A stretch of DNA of 64,000 nt from an uncultured Bacteroidaceae bacterium (GTDB taxonomy: Bacteria; Bacteroidota; Bacteroidia; Bacteroidales; P3): positions 4,175-68,174 of the forward strand of contig CAZSFV010000002.1 of NCBI GenBank assembly GCA_964606345.1. The letters run 5' to 3'. A model generated the notes under the pieces. That model did no database searches. It saw only the letters and a program-made list of their open reading frames with translations, and was not told the DNA's origin. Each line of letters begins with the position of its first letter. Within the stretch, counting starts at the first letter, position 1. The position numbers and the translations under genes were made by a program. Positions 1-9,744 of this stretch are shown here, piece by piece.

Positions 1-1
1 T

Positions 2-1363
2 GTCTGTACGTCGTTCCGAAGGGATTTTTCCGACAGCGTTAATGCCCGTGGTAATGTTGTGGTGATTGATACGGCTTGTTCGTCTTGGCTTTTTATTCGT
101 TTCAGAAGAGGCAACTGTTTCGGCGAAGACAGCATTTTCATGAATTATGACGGCGGTTTTCTGCAAGTGAACACGCATGATGTGCGTTGCAACAGCGATG
201 ATGATGGTTATGTGGTTGCTTCGGCAAGCGGTTTTACGCCGCCTCTTTTCTTTCAATGGAGCAACGGTTTGAGCGGAACGGCTTTGGATTCCATCGGAGG
301 GCTTGCCGTGGGGGATTACAGCCTCACCGTAATCGATGCAAACGCTTGTTCGGTGAGTGTAGATTTTGCAATTCATTCTCCCGACGACTTGATTGCCGAG
401 GCTGAACACTCCGACAATCATTGCCAAAACGAGTGCGGGGCTTTAATTTCGCTTAATCCCTCCGGCGGTGTGCCGCCTTATGATATTGTATGGAACAACG
501 GAGCGGTTGGAACGGAGCTTGCCAATCTTTGCAGCGGCGATTATGTTTATACCCTTACCGATGCGCAGGGTTGCGTATTCACCGATACAGTAAGGATTGC
601 GGACATGGATACGCTGCGGCTCTCTCTTGCGGCAACGGAAAATAATTGCCCTGAGGGTTGTGGGGCGACAATCTCTTCTTTTGCCTCGGGCGGCAGTCAG
701 CCTTATGCTTATCTTTGGTCGACAGGGGCTACGGATCGCAATTTGAGCGATGTCTGTTGCGGCGAGTATGTTTTGGAGATGACCGATGCCAATAATTGCC
801 GAACTCAAAGCTCAATCACGGTTACCCATACCGATGCGTTCGAGAATTTTTCTGCAAGTGCGACCCCCGAGAGGGTGTTCGACGGTCAGCAGGTGAGGCT
901 TTACTCCTCTCCCATTGCAGGAATGTTTTACACTTGGTCGCCTGCCGAGAATCTTACTTCGCCTCATTCTTCGTCAAGCATGGCAACCATGTACCAAAGC
1001 ACGCTTTTCCACGTTACCGTCAGCGACGGGCATGGTTGCAAGGCTGAGGACAGTGTGCTTGTGGAGGTTGAGGTGATAAATTGCGGCAGACCCGACATAT
1101 ATGTGCCTAACATATTCACTCCCAACGGCGACGGGAAGAACGATGTTCTTTTTGTTGTTGGCGAAAAGATAGAGAGTTTCAGCTTTGAGGTGTTTGACCG
1201 TTGGGGCGAGAGGGTGTTTGCAACCTCCGATTTGCGAGAGGGCTGGGACGGAACATACAAAGGCAGACAATGCGATGCCGCCGTATATTTTTACAGCTTG
1301 GAAGTACGTTGTCTCGGCGGCAAGAGGTACAAAGAAGGCGGCGATATAACACTTATCAGATAA
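2..1363 (+). CDS. T9SS type-B (gliding-motility-associated) C-terminal-domain cargo protein with SprB-type repeats; 5' end truncated by the window edge
   Basis: The frame is open from base 2 with no stop before 59. Three SprB-like repeats (C..DDDGYVVASASGFTPPLFFQWSNG, CGALISLNPSGGVPPYDIVWNNG, CGATISSFASGGSQPYAYLWSTG). C-terminal motif VPNIFTPNGDGKNDVLFV...FDRWGERVF...GWDGTYKG is typical of the type-B CTD. Confidence 0.85.
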   Translation, partial: VCTSFRRDFSDSVNARGNVVVIDTACSSWLFIRFRRGNCFGEDSIFMNYDGGFLQVNTHDVRCNSDDDGYVVASASGFTPPLFFQWSNGLSGTALDSIGGLAVGDYSLTVIDANACSVSVDFAIHSPDDLIAEAEHSDNHCQNECGALISLNPSGGVPPYDIVWNNGAVGTELANLCSGDYVYTLTDAQGCVFTDTVRIADMDTLRLSLAATENNCPEGCGATISSFASGGSQPYAYLWSTGATDRNLSDVCCGEYVLEMTDANNCRTQSSITVTHTDAFENFSASATPERVFDGQQVRLYSSPIAGMFYTWSPAENLTSPHSSSSMATMYQSTLFHVTVSDGHGCKAEDSVLVEVEVINCGRPDIYVPNIFTPNGDGKNDVLFVVGEKIESFSFEVFDRWGERVFATSDLREGWDGTYKGRQCDAAVYFYSLEVRCLGGKRYKEGGDITLIR

Positions 1364-1367
1364 AGAC

Positions 1368-1997
1368 ATGGCAAACAAAAGCAAGTACTACGTAGTTTGG
1401 AAAGGCAGAAAGCAAGGTATATTCGATAACTGGAACGACTGCAAGCAGTCCGTATTCGGATATGAGGGTGCAAAATACAAATCCTTTGACACTCTGATGC
1501 AGGCAAAGGAGGCTTTCGTTCAGTCTCCCGATAAATTCATTTACCGAAAACAGGCAACGCCAAAGGTCAGGCAGACTTCACTGACCTCCTACCTGCCCAT
1601 AACCGACAGCATTGCCACAGATGCTGCATGCAGCGGCAACCCGGGGGTGATGGAGTACAGGGGTGTTTACGTAAAAACGGGAAAGACCATATTCTACTAC
1701 AAACACCCGCACGGCACCAACAACATAGGAGAATTTCTCGGCATAGTTCACGGCTTGTCGTACCTGAAACGCCACGGGTGTTCTCAACCGCTTTACACCG
1801 ATAGCGTCAACGCCATTAAATGGGTGGAGCAGAAAAAATGCAAAACCAAGATGGAGTGCAACGAAAAGAACAAAGACCTCTTCGAACTCATTGCACGGGC
1901 TGAAAAATGGTTGCGAGAAAATACTTATACCACCGAAATAATAAAGTGGGACACCCAAAGCTGGGGCGAAATACCGGCAGATTTCGGACGTAAATAA
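1368..1997 (+). CDS. rnhA: Ribonuclease HI with N-terminal hybrid-binding (RNase H1 N-terminal/caulimovirus-type) domain
   Basis: N-terminus YYVVWKGRKQGIF..W..C...V.G..GAKYKSF. RNase H core TDAACSGNPGVMEYRGV and later catalytic segments. Confidence 0.85.
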   Translation: MANKSKYYVVWKGRKQGIFDNWNDCKQSVFGYEGAKYKSFDTLMQAKEAFVQSPDKFIYRKQATPKVRQTSLTSYLPITDSIATDAACSGNPGVMEYRGVYVKTGKTIFYYKHPHGTNNIGEFLGIVHGLSYLKRHGCSQPLYTDSVNAIKWVEQKKCKTKMECNEKNKDLFELIARAEKWLRENTYTTEIIKWDTQSWGEIPADFGRK

Positions 1998-2013
1998 GAA
2001 AACGTTTCCCAAT

Positions 2014-2047
2014 AGAGGGAACAGCCGCTCTATGCTCCCTCTTTTCG
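2014..2047. terminator. Hairpin terminator between convergent rnhA and the thioesterase gene
   Basis: agaggga (2014-2020) pairs with tccctct (2036-2042), followed by a T-rich stretch. Confidence 0.5.
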
Positions 2048-2057
2048 GAAAATGTTT

Positions 2058-2546
2058 CTACTTTTCGAAATCCAAGAACTTCTTTTTGAAGTCATCTTCT
2101 ATCGGAGCGGAGGCATTGGTGCTTCTGTCAAAACCCGAAAGAATTGTTCTGCACGTGCCTTTCACCACCCCCTTGGAGTTAATCAGCCTTTGGTTCATGG
2201 TCATTGACCTGTTTCCGAACTTTACCAACTTGCTTTCCACAAACACTTCCTCACCCTGCACAATCGGAGAGAAGAAATTATTCTCCGTATGAACAATAAC
2301 CACAACCACCTTGCTCCAATCCAACTCTCGCCCCATCACCCTTTCGAAATAATCTATTCTGCCCAAGTCATAGTACTGCGATTGAAAACTGTTGTTCACA
2401 TGGTTCAGAGCGTCCAAGTCGCTGAACCGTATTTGCACCCTCAACGAGGCTTTGTAAGAATCCTTTTCCGGCGCTGTCAATTCCTCTGTCATCGATTCAA
2501 ATTTTCTGCAAAGATAATCAATTCGCCGCATTTCCGCCTTCACCAC
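2058..2546 (-). CDS. Acyl-CoA thioesterase, 4HBT/YbgC-like hotdog fold (start codon uncertain)
   Basis: IRFSDLDALNHVNNSFQSQYYDLGRIDYF is the typical 4HBT N-terminal catalytic region. Size is about 150-160 aa. Confidence 0.7.
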   Translation of the reverse strand: MVKAEMRRIDYLCRKFESMTEELTAPEKDSYKASLRVQIRFSDLDALNHVNNSFQSQYYDLGRIDYFERVMGRELDWSKVVVVIVHTENNFFSPIVQGEEVFVESKLVKFGNRSMTMNQRLINSKGVVKGTCRTILSGFDRSTNASAPIEDDFKKKFLDFEK

Positions 2547-2644
2547 GGCTCAATCGGCGAGCTTCTGCTCCGACAAACCTGCACGATAGTCTTTTCGTAA
2601 GCCAATCGCCTTGTTGCATCTAAACGGAAAAACATTCATCAAAA

Positions 2645-2745
2645 AACGAATCACCGTCCTGCGAAAATGAATCGGCGAAAGAATTTTTTGAATCGGCGAT
2701 TCAGCAAAATGAATCGCCGATTCGTCAAAAGTGAATCGGCGTTAC
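2645..2745. repeat. Dispersed palindromic intergenic repeat, locus A (GAATCGSCGATTC units separated by A/T runs)
   Basis: aaaatgaatcggcgaaagaattttttgaatcggcgattcagcaaaatgaatcgccgattcgtcaaaagtgaatcggcg. The same units recur at five other loci. Confidence 0.85.
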
Positions 2746-2962
2746 ATTTTCAGCAAAACAACATTCCGAATATCATTGAGTTCAATGAAACGACCTATTT
2801 TTTGCGTAATGGCATTATTCTATGGTGGATTGAGGCATTCACAGACAAGAAGACAAAGCTGAAGAGGCTGAATAATTGTCTGTTAGGACTATGCATAATT
2901 CAAATAGCCGCAATGACCGGAACTATTTGCGTACAAAATAAATATATTCCAAGAAATATGCG

Positions 2963-2970
2963 TAACTTTG
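2963..2970 (+). promoter_or_regulatory. Bacteroidetes -7 promoter box (TAnnTTTG)
   Basis: TAACTTTG lies 46 nt upstream of the ATG at 3016. Confidence 0.45.
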
Positions 2971-3015
2971 CGGAGTAAATTTCACGATATAAAAATGTAC
3001 TTCTATCGAAAATAT

Positions 3016-6000
3016 ATGACAATTGAGAAAACTCTTGGATTTGTATTCCTAATCTTGCTTTCGATTGTTGGGCAGGCACAAGATACGATTCTTATGGGTG
3101 TATCGGGACACAAAGATACTGTTTCGGATTACTGCATATTGTTCGATGACGGTGGAAGTTTGGGTCCGTATTCCTCAAGGGTTAATGCTTCATACACCAT
3201 CAAAGCCGCAAACCCAAATTACAGGGCAAAAGTATTGGTGAAATCACGTCTTAATAACTATAATTGCCATCTTGCATCTTTGAAGCTTTTTTCGGGAGAC
3301 TATAACCCTTCGTCAAGCTATTCATTTTACGAAACTTGTTATAACAGTTACCATTTGACTTATGTCGATAGCGATGAAATTACTGTTACCTTTACCGCCG
3401 ATGATGACAATCCTACTGATGGTTTCGAAGTTATAGTACAATTTTGTGATTGCACTCCGCCTTCAAACGTTTCTTATGAATACCTTGATTCCACAAGTCT
3501 CGTTCTCCGTTGGGAAGCAAACGGTTATTCGAACTTTGTTGTAGATTACGTTATTCAAAGCTATGGAGATCCATCATACTTGCTCGCTTCGCCATACGAA
3601 CAACACCATTTCATTAACACTAATGCCGATTCAGTAATAATCAGCGGCTTGTATCCTTGGGCTTGTATCAATTACAATATTTACGGAGACTGCAACGGGG
3701 TACCTATGTGCGGAAATTTGGGGTACACGACCCCACCATGTACCGAGATACGACCTGAAAATGTGCGTGTAACAACAGATATAGATTCCATTTACTTTGA
3801 GTGGGACTCGATTCCGGGAGTTGTTTGGTGGGAAAGAGTCTCTTGGAGTCAGTGGATGCAAATCAGTCAAAATCATTGTTCGGTCGAAAAGCATTGCAAC
3901 GATTATACGTACATAGATATTACGGGAACCGGTCAGTCCGAACCAAGGGGCTGCGATTACTATTCTTACTATAATTATTTCGGTTGTCCGGATATATCGC
4001 CTTACATAAGGCAGGTGTCTCCCAATTCCGTAACGATTTGGTGGGAAGACATAGATACGATAGACCGCTATGTTGTCGGATACCACAAAAACGGCAGTCC
4101 GAACGTGATTCTTGTGGATACGGTTGCACGAGGTGTTCAAGAGTACACATTTAGCGACCTTGTGGAAGCTACGGAATACACTTTCTACATTTACACAATG
4201 TGTGATGAGTGCGGAATGTCTGCCGGAAGAAGTATTACGCAAAAGACTTCTGTTGATTTGTGCATCGACTACGCCAACCTTATTTCATTGGATACTTATC
4301 TCACTTGGGGAGATTATCATAATCCGTACCAAGACACAGGCTATAACAATTATCGGTGGAACGGAACGAACGATTACTTTTTGGGTTCGGACAGACACTT
4401 TGTCAATGTGGACACCAATTCCTACGACGAACGAACAAATTATCAATTAAGAAAAGTTCCATCGGGGTATAAAGCCTCCATAAGGCTCGGAGATGACAAT
4501 ATAGGGGCGCAAGCCGAAAGTATAGCATACGAATACACGGTTGATTCGACCGAATACGACATGCTGATTTTGAAATACGCCGTGGTACTCCAAGACCCTG
4601 ACCATAATATTACCAATCAACCCCGTTTCACCCTCGAAATACTTGACGAGAACAATCAACAAATTGATTCCACTTGCGGCTTTGCCGATTTCTATGCAAG
4701 CGGAAACTTGGGTTGGAACGAAGTATCGGGCAACGGAACAAATACTCTTTGGAAAGATTGGACAACAATAGGCATTGACATTGCTCCTTACCACGGGCAA
4801 ACGATACGCATACGCCTCACAACATACGATTGCGAAGAAGGGGGACACTTCGGTTACGCTTACTTCACTCTGAACTGCGATCATAAAAGAATTTATTTGG
4901 TTAACCGATGCGATGCAACCGACAGCATTCACCTGCAAGCTCCTTTGGGCTTCGATTACAAGTGGTACAAAGAGAGCGATGGCACTTTGCTGTCGACGGA
5001 CTATGACATAATCGTTCCGATAGACAGCAATAACTACTATTGTTTGGCTTCGTTCATAGGAAAACCCGAGTGTAATTTTACGGTTTCAACTGTTTCCATC
5101 AATATACAGCCGCATTCTGCCATGGCTTACCGAATAGACACTTGCGAAAGCAAGGTTCATTTTGAGAACAAAAGCTATTTGGATTTCGACACAACATACA
5201 ATGCTTTCACAAGGCAGATGGTTGACTCTATATTTTGGGTGTTTGACGACGGAACAATATCGGAAGAGGATACTCTCATAAAATATTACCCTCAAAACGG
5301 TATTTACAATGTTAAGTTGATTTCTTTGCTTTCGGATTCCTACTGTTCGGATACTCTAAACATTCCGATAAAAATAGATTTCAATTTTGCAAAAATCATT
5401 GCTCCCGATACGGTATGCCAAGGTGATACGGTAATATTGAAAGCAGGGCTTTTCAGTGAATTTGATTCCCCGAATGCAAGTTACATGTGGAGTACACAGG
5501 AAAGCACCGACAGCATCACTGTTGTTGCACGGCAGACTACTGAATACACATTGAGCGTTAAAGACGGCGATGCTTGCAGGGGACGAGATAAAAAGACTAT
5601 TGCGGTAAACCCGTCTTATTATGATACGATTTTCCATTCCATCTGCGACAACCAAACCTATACAGATGAACATTTTTCCGCTGACAGTACCGGCATCTAC
5701 ACATGGAGCAGACAAACATACAGAGGTTGCGACAGCTTGATTACCCTTTCACTGACGGTATACCCAACTTATGACACACTAATTCTTGATACTATCTGTT
5801 TTGGTGAACAATATGACCTGAATGGTTTTCATGAAACGGAAAGCGGAACGTATGTTCTCAATTTGCACAGCATTTATGGTTGCGACAGCATAGTAAGACT
5901 GAGCCTGCATGTACTGCCTTCCCATGCTTTCAACATAAATGCAGAAATATGCGACGATGAAACCTATTCCTTGTATGATTTCTCGGAAAACGAAACCGGT

Positions 6001-6807
6001 ACTTATGTGCATTCGCTAAAAAATATTTATGGATGCGACAGCATAATGACGCTCAACTTGAAGGTCAATCCTACTTATGAGTATACCATATCGGCAGAAA
6101 TATGCGAAGGGGAAACTTATAATGAATACGACTTTTTGCAAACCGAGACAGGGGTTTACACTCGTTCTCTTTCTTCCCAACATGGGTGCGACAGCATTAT
6201 ACATCTCGACCTTGTCGTTAATCCGACGTTCAACGACACTATCTACTCCGAACTTTGCGGTACAGCATATGAGGATAACGGTTTCAGCGAAAACGAAAGT
6301 GGAATATACACCCAACATTTACAGACTATCAACGGTTGCGATAGTTTGGTTACATTACATCTTACGGTGTGGAAACTGTTTGTCAACACCTTGGAAGTAG
6401 AAATTTATAAAGGCGAAACATATGACAAGCATGGATTTTCGGAGAATGAAACAGGAGAATACGATATGATTTATAGCGATCTTAACGGTTGCGATAGCTC
6501 CTACCATTTGAATTTACACATTATCAATCTCATGTTTCCAAATATGATAAGTGCTAACGGCGACGGGATAAACGATATTTTTGAAATACACGGTCTACTC
6601 GACAACAACTTCTTCTCTTATAGCGAATTGGCAATATATACAAGACACGGCAGAAGAGTATATTATCGCGAAAACATAAGAAACAGAGAAGATTTTTGGT
6701 CACCGGAAGCAACCAATACCCCATCGGGAACATACCTATACCGTTTCAAAGCAAAAGGTAAAACAAGAGATTTTGAGTTTAACGGAACCATTGAAGTTCT
6801 TCGGTAA
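3016..6807 (+). CDS. Large secreted T9SS type-B CTD cargo protein: signal peptide, CUB-like N-domain, Fn3-like region, six ~51-aa Cys repeats
   Basis: Signal peptide MTIEKTLGFVFLILLSIVGQAQ. Six tandem repeats ending GCDS(I/L)..L.L.V.P across 5617-6531. C-terminus FPNMISANGDGINDIFEIHG...IYTRHGRRVY...PSGTYLYRF. The ORF opens at 2968; the ATG at 3016 is preferred because a signal peptide follows it. Confidence 0.85.
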   Translation: MTIEKTLGFVFLILLSIVGQAQDTILMGVSGHKDTVSDYCILFDDGGSLGPYSSRVNASYTIKAANPNYRAKVLVKSRLNNYNCHLASLKLFSGDYNPSSSYSFYETCYNSYHLTYVDSDEITVTFTADDDNPTDGFEVIVQFCDCTPPSNVSYEYLDSTSLVLRWEANGYSNFVVDYVIQSYGDPSYLLASPYEQHHFINTNADSVIISGLYPWACINYNIYGDCNGVPMCGNLGYTTPPCTEIRPENVRVTTDIDSIYFEWDSIPGVVWWERVSWSQWMQISQNHCSVEKHCNDYTYIDITGTGQSEPRGCDYYSYYNYFGCPDISPYIRQVSPNSVTIWWEDIDTIDRYVVGYHKNGSPNVILVDTVARGVQEYTFSDLVEATEYTFYIYTMCDECGMSAGRSITQKTSVDLCIDYANLISLDTYLTWGDYHNPYQDTGYNNYRWNGTNDYFLGSDRHFVNVDTNSYDERTNYQLRKVPSGYKASIRLGDDNIGAQAESIAYEYTVDSTEYDMLILKYAVVLQDPDHNITNQPRFTLEILDENNQQIDSTCGFADFYASGNLGWNEVSGNGTNTLWKDWTTIGIDIAPYHGQTIRIRLTTYDCEEGGHFGYAYFTLNCDHKRIYLVNRCDATDSIHLQAPLGFDYKWYKESDGTLLSTDYDIIVPIDSNNYYCLASFIGKPECNFTVSTVSINIQPHSAMAYRIDTCESKVHFENKSYLDFDTTYNAFTRQMVDSIFWVFDDGTISEEDTLIKYYPQNGIYNVKLISLLSDSYCSDTLNIPIKIDFNFAKIIAPDTVCQGDTVILKAGLFSEFDSPNASYMWSTQESTDSITVVARQTTEYTLSVKDGDACRGRDKKTIAVNPSYYDTIFHSICDNQTYTDEHFSADSTGIYTWSRQTYRGCDSLITLSLTVYPTYDTLILDTICFGEQYDLNGFHETESGTYVLNLHSIYGCDSIVRLSLHVLPSHAFNINAEICDDETYSLYDFSENETGTYVHSLKNIYGCDSIMTLNLKVNPTYEYTISAEICEGETYNEYDFLQTETGVYTRSLSSQHGCDSIIHLDLVVNPTFNDTIYSELCGTAYEDNGFSENESGIYTQHLQTINGCDSLVTLHLTVWKLFVNTLEVEIYKGETYDKHGFSENETGEYDMIYSDLNGCDSSYHLNLHIINLMFPNMISANGDGINDIFEIHGLLDNNFFSYSELAIYTRHGRRVYYRENIRNREDFWSPEATNTPSGTYLYRFKAKGKTRDFEFNGTIEVLR

Positions 6808-6940
6808 GTTTTGAGAGACTCAATAAAACCTCTTGCAAAAAGATGGTTGCCTATTCTTTTTGGAACCATTGTTATTATTCTAAACTTGGAAAAGCGTCAT
6901 GCTGCTTTCGAATTTTGACAAGAAAAAGAGAAAATTTATT

Positions 6941-8325
6941 ACTGTCCGCTAAAAATTTTAGGTCTGTGAAAAAAAATAGGTGCTGATTCCATGCAGGAGT
7001 CAGTCCTTTTTGATTATCTTTGAGTTACCACAAAAAAAAAGCATACCCGATGGGTAAAAGTAGCAATTTATTCGGACAGCTGATAAAATCGTTTGACAGC
7101 GAAAAATAGTTAAAATAAGCCATAAACACGGCGGAGAGAAGTACGTCAAGAGCTTTGACGGCTACACCATCTGCCGACAATGCTGTACGCTGTGATACAG
7201 CGGTTCGATTCCTTGCGTGAGATATAGACATTTATGACGGTGAAGTCCGCAAACTGCATCATGTGGGTATTGACACTGTGCCTAAGTGAAACTCTCTGTC
7301 TGATGCAAATACCAAACACTCAGAGAAGTTCTTTGAAAAGGTGTATCGGAACCTGTATGACGATAACAAATACATTCTTTCACAGGACAGCCCAGCCTAC
7401 GGGGCGACACTGAAGAATGGATAAAACAGCTGCGTATCATCGATTCCACAACCGAAGCACTGTTCTCCAATACCATTTTCAAGGGTGTGGAACGACATCC
7501 GAAGACGGGCAAGAAGAAAGGCGGCATCAAAGATATAGTTCCATGCGATGTATAGTTCTCATCGGCGGCGACAAACGACTCGCTTGTAATGGCTTGTCCC
7601 AAGCCATTACAAGCGAGTCGAGATGATAGCGACAATGGAGCGAGTCTGCATCAACTATGCCAAATTCGAGAAACTGACAGACCGCTACGTAATCTATGGC
7701 ACCAAGATGAAGAAAAACCTCAATTATGAGGTGCTTGTGGACTTATGCATCAGAAACCACAGGGATTTATGGATTATCGGGAACAGGTTATGGTATTCCG
7801 CAAGGACAACATCAATTATATTGCACAGATAATCACATACGTAGACGACAGGAAAGGCAAGCAACCTAAACTCGTCTCATTGCAGACCAACGATTTTGAC
7901 ATGCCGCCGGAGATGATAGTGACGATATACCGCCGTCGGTAACAGATCAAGTTGCTTTTCAAGCAGATAAAACAGACCTTCCCTCTGAGATATTTCTATG
8001 GAGAAAATGCAAATGCCATCAAAATCCAGATTTTGGTTACGCTCATCGCAAATCTGCTGCTCTCTGCCTTGCAAAGCAAGCTAAAAAGGTGATGAAACTC
8101 CTCCGGACTGACCACAATCATGCGGATTGTGCTGATGTATTACCTAAATCTTGAAAAGTTCCTCAATCAACATGATGCGGATCTGAATATCACGCTTGCC
8201 GAAGTCTCTGAATCGCCGCCTCAAAAACCTAAAATTGACTGAGGAGGCTTATTCAAAACAAAAAGTAAGCCCAACTTATGATTTTCAAGAAATTGAACTC
8301 ACTCATTTACAGTTTAGCAGACTGT
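6941..8325 (+). mobile_element. Decayed IS4-family insertion sequence (boundaries approximate)
   Basis: Encloses the transposase pseudogene. Candidate imperfect terminal inverted repeats are actgtccgctaaaa (6941-6954) and gtttagcagactgt (8312-8325, reverse complement acagtctgctaaac). Confidence 0.5.
7050..8242 (+). pseudogene. IS4-family DDE transposase (DUF4372-type N-terminus) broken by multiple stops and frameshifts
   Basis: Fragments in different frames: MGKSSNLFGQLIKSFDSEK*, ...VKSFDGYT..., ...IIDSTT..FSNTIFKGVERHPKTGKKKGGIK, ...YAKFEKLTDRYVIYGTKMKKNLNYEV, ...IVTIYRRR*QIKLLFKQIKQTFPLRYFYGENANAIKIQIWVTLIANLL (a stop sits where the conserved W of the RRRWQIE motif is expected). Confidence 0.8.
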
Positions 8326-8430
8326 AGTACTAAAAAAAACGAAGATACCTTCATTGGTAGTTGAAAACCTCTTGATTGGTCAACAAAGACGCTTTCTTGA
8401 GGCATCGAAGGTTAGTTCTTCAAAATCAGA

Positions 8431-9744
8431 CTAATTGACCTTGATGATTGGTAGCTTTATACCTACTTTGTACATTCGCACGTACCCCCTGATGCTGTCT
8501 AAGACTGGTTCGGTTACTCTATTGAATGAAAAATGTTCTTCTTGCTCTTGGTCGGGATAGACTATCAGGCACTTTATAAGCAAGGAAGTCTCTTCATCAA
8601 GGCCAAGGAGTTTATATACCCGACTTAATCGCGCGTATCCGGCCACCTCTCTTGCGTCTTCTTTCGAAATATTCTCTCTCTTGTATCCCGGTTTGTATTT
8701 TGCGTCTATGACGTATGGGGAAGCCCAGAGTTCAGGCTTGAGCAAGTAGTCCAGCTCCTGAAAGTTGGCTTTCTCATGGTAGCGGACTTCATGCTTTCCC
8801 GTGAATACTTGCCGCAGATGATGAAAGACATACAATTCAAACAACTTGCTCATATCAATCCAAAACGGAGGAGTAGGAATGTTCTGTTTCCCTACGAAGG
8901 TGATGTCGTAGCTGTATCGTCTCAACAACAGTTGGGCAAACTTCAGTGCCTGTGCTTACTCCTTATACACAGGATTGCACTTGCAGGTTTTGATGGTTTT
9001 CACGCCAACTTCGTCGCTCACATTGTCAAAGTATGGTTTCACATAGCGAGCCTTTGCTCTCAAAGGTTCAATATCGAACACGTGCTTGTATGCTTCCAAC
9101 TGCTGTAGAGAGAATGTCAGTGCCTTTTTTAGAATGCGGTTTTCTGGTGTATTGATGTCATAGACCTGATATTTGCAGACATTGTCCGTTATGTGCCCCT
9201 TAGCAAGGTTTTGCCTAACATTACGATTCACCATAAGTCGTCCTTTTGTGGTATTGTGCAAGTTGCCCTCAACAAGATGGAAATTCCTCTTCAAGCCTTT
9301 GAAGACGAGTCTATGAAGTATGTTGATGTACTCTGTTACGAGAAACACGCTCAAAACGTCACGCTGTTGTTGAACTCTAATTGACGGCTTGTTGAAATGT
9401 ATCGTAACGAGATGCTGCAGATGGTCATAGTTGGCAGATTCGGAGAGAGCATCATTCAGCATACGCACATAATCCACTTCAAAACCATCATTAATCTTTG
9501 GATTGATCTGAACAGCAACCTTGCCTTGTTCCACCCACTCCATGCCTATAAAATATGACCCACGTGCAACAATATCATCATCTTTGCGGCGCAAAGACAA
9601 GCAGAGTTCTTTATCCTCACGACCTCTTCTGACAGCAAACACAATTTCTTTGCCGTTGTCCATGTAAGGGACAATGGCATTTGCATCGTCAGAAGGCAAA
9701 GGAGTGCCGTCCGCAAGCTGCTCATGAAGTTGTATGAGTATCAT
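8431..9744 (-). pseudogene. mcrC: McrC-like (5-methylcytosine restriction system subunit C, PD-(D/E)xK nuclease) interrupted by one in-frame TAA at 8956-8958
   Basis: ORFs 8956-9744 and 8431-8928 are in the same frame (9744-8928=816). Read through the stop, the sequence is ...NPVYKE*AQALKFAQLLLRRYSY.... The C-terminal part has LFELYVFHHL and the nuclease motif YVIDAKYK. The 4-nt ATGA overlap with mcrB is typical of mcrBC operons. Confidence 0.8.

Noticed and set aside
2667-2978. ORFs whose products begin MNRRKNFLNRRF…, MNRRFKKMNRRF…, MKMNQPFIFTNRRFIF… or MTNQPFIFLNQPF… (2667-2978, 31806-32033, 35030-35251, 49097-49282, 57208-57567). They look like a family of small repeat peptides.
   Set aside because: The shared 'motifs' are simply translations of the palindromic intergenic DNA repeat (GAATCGGCGATTC and relatives) in different frames and strands. 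Similarity ends where the repeat ends, so these are not protein-coding.
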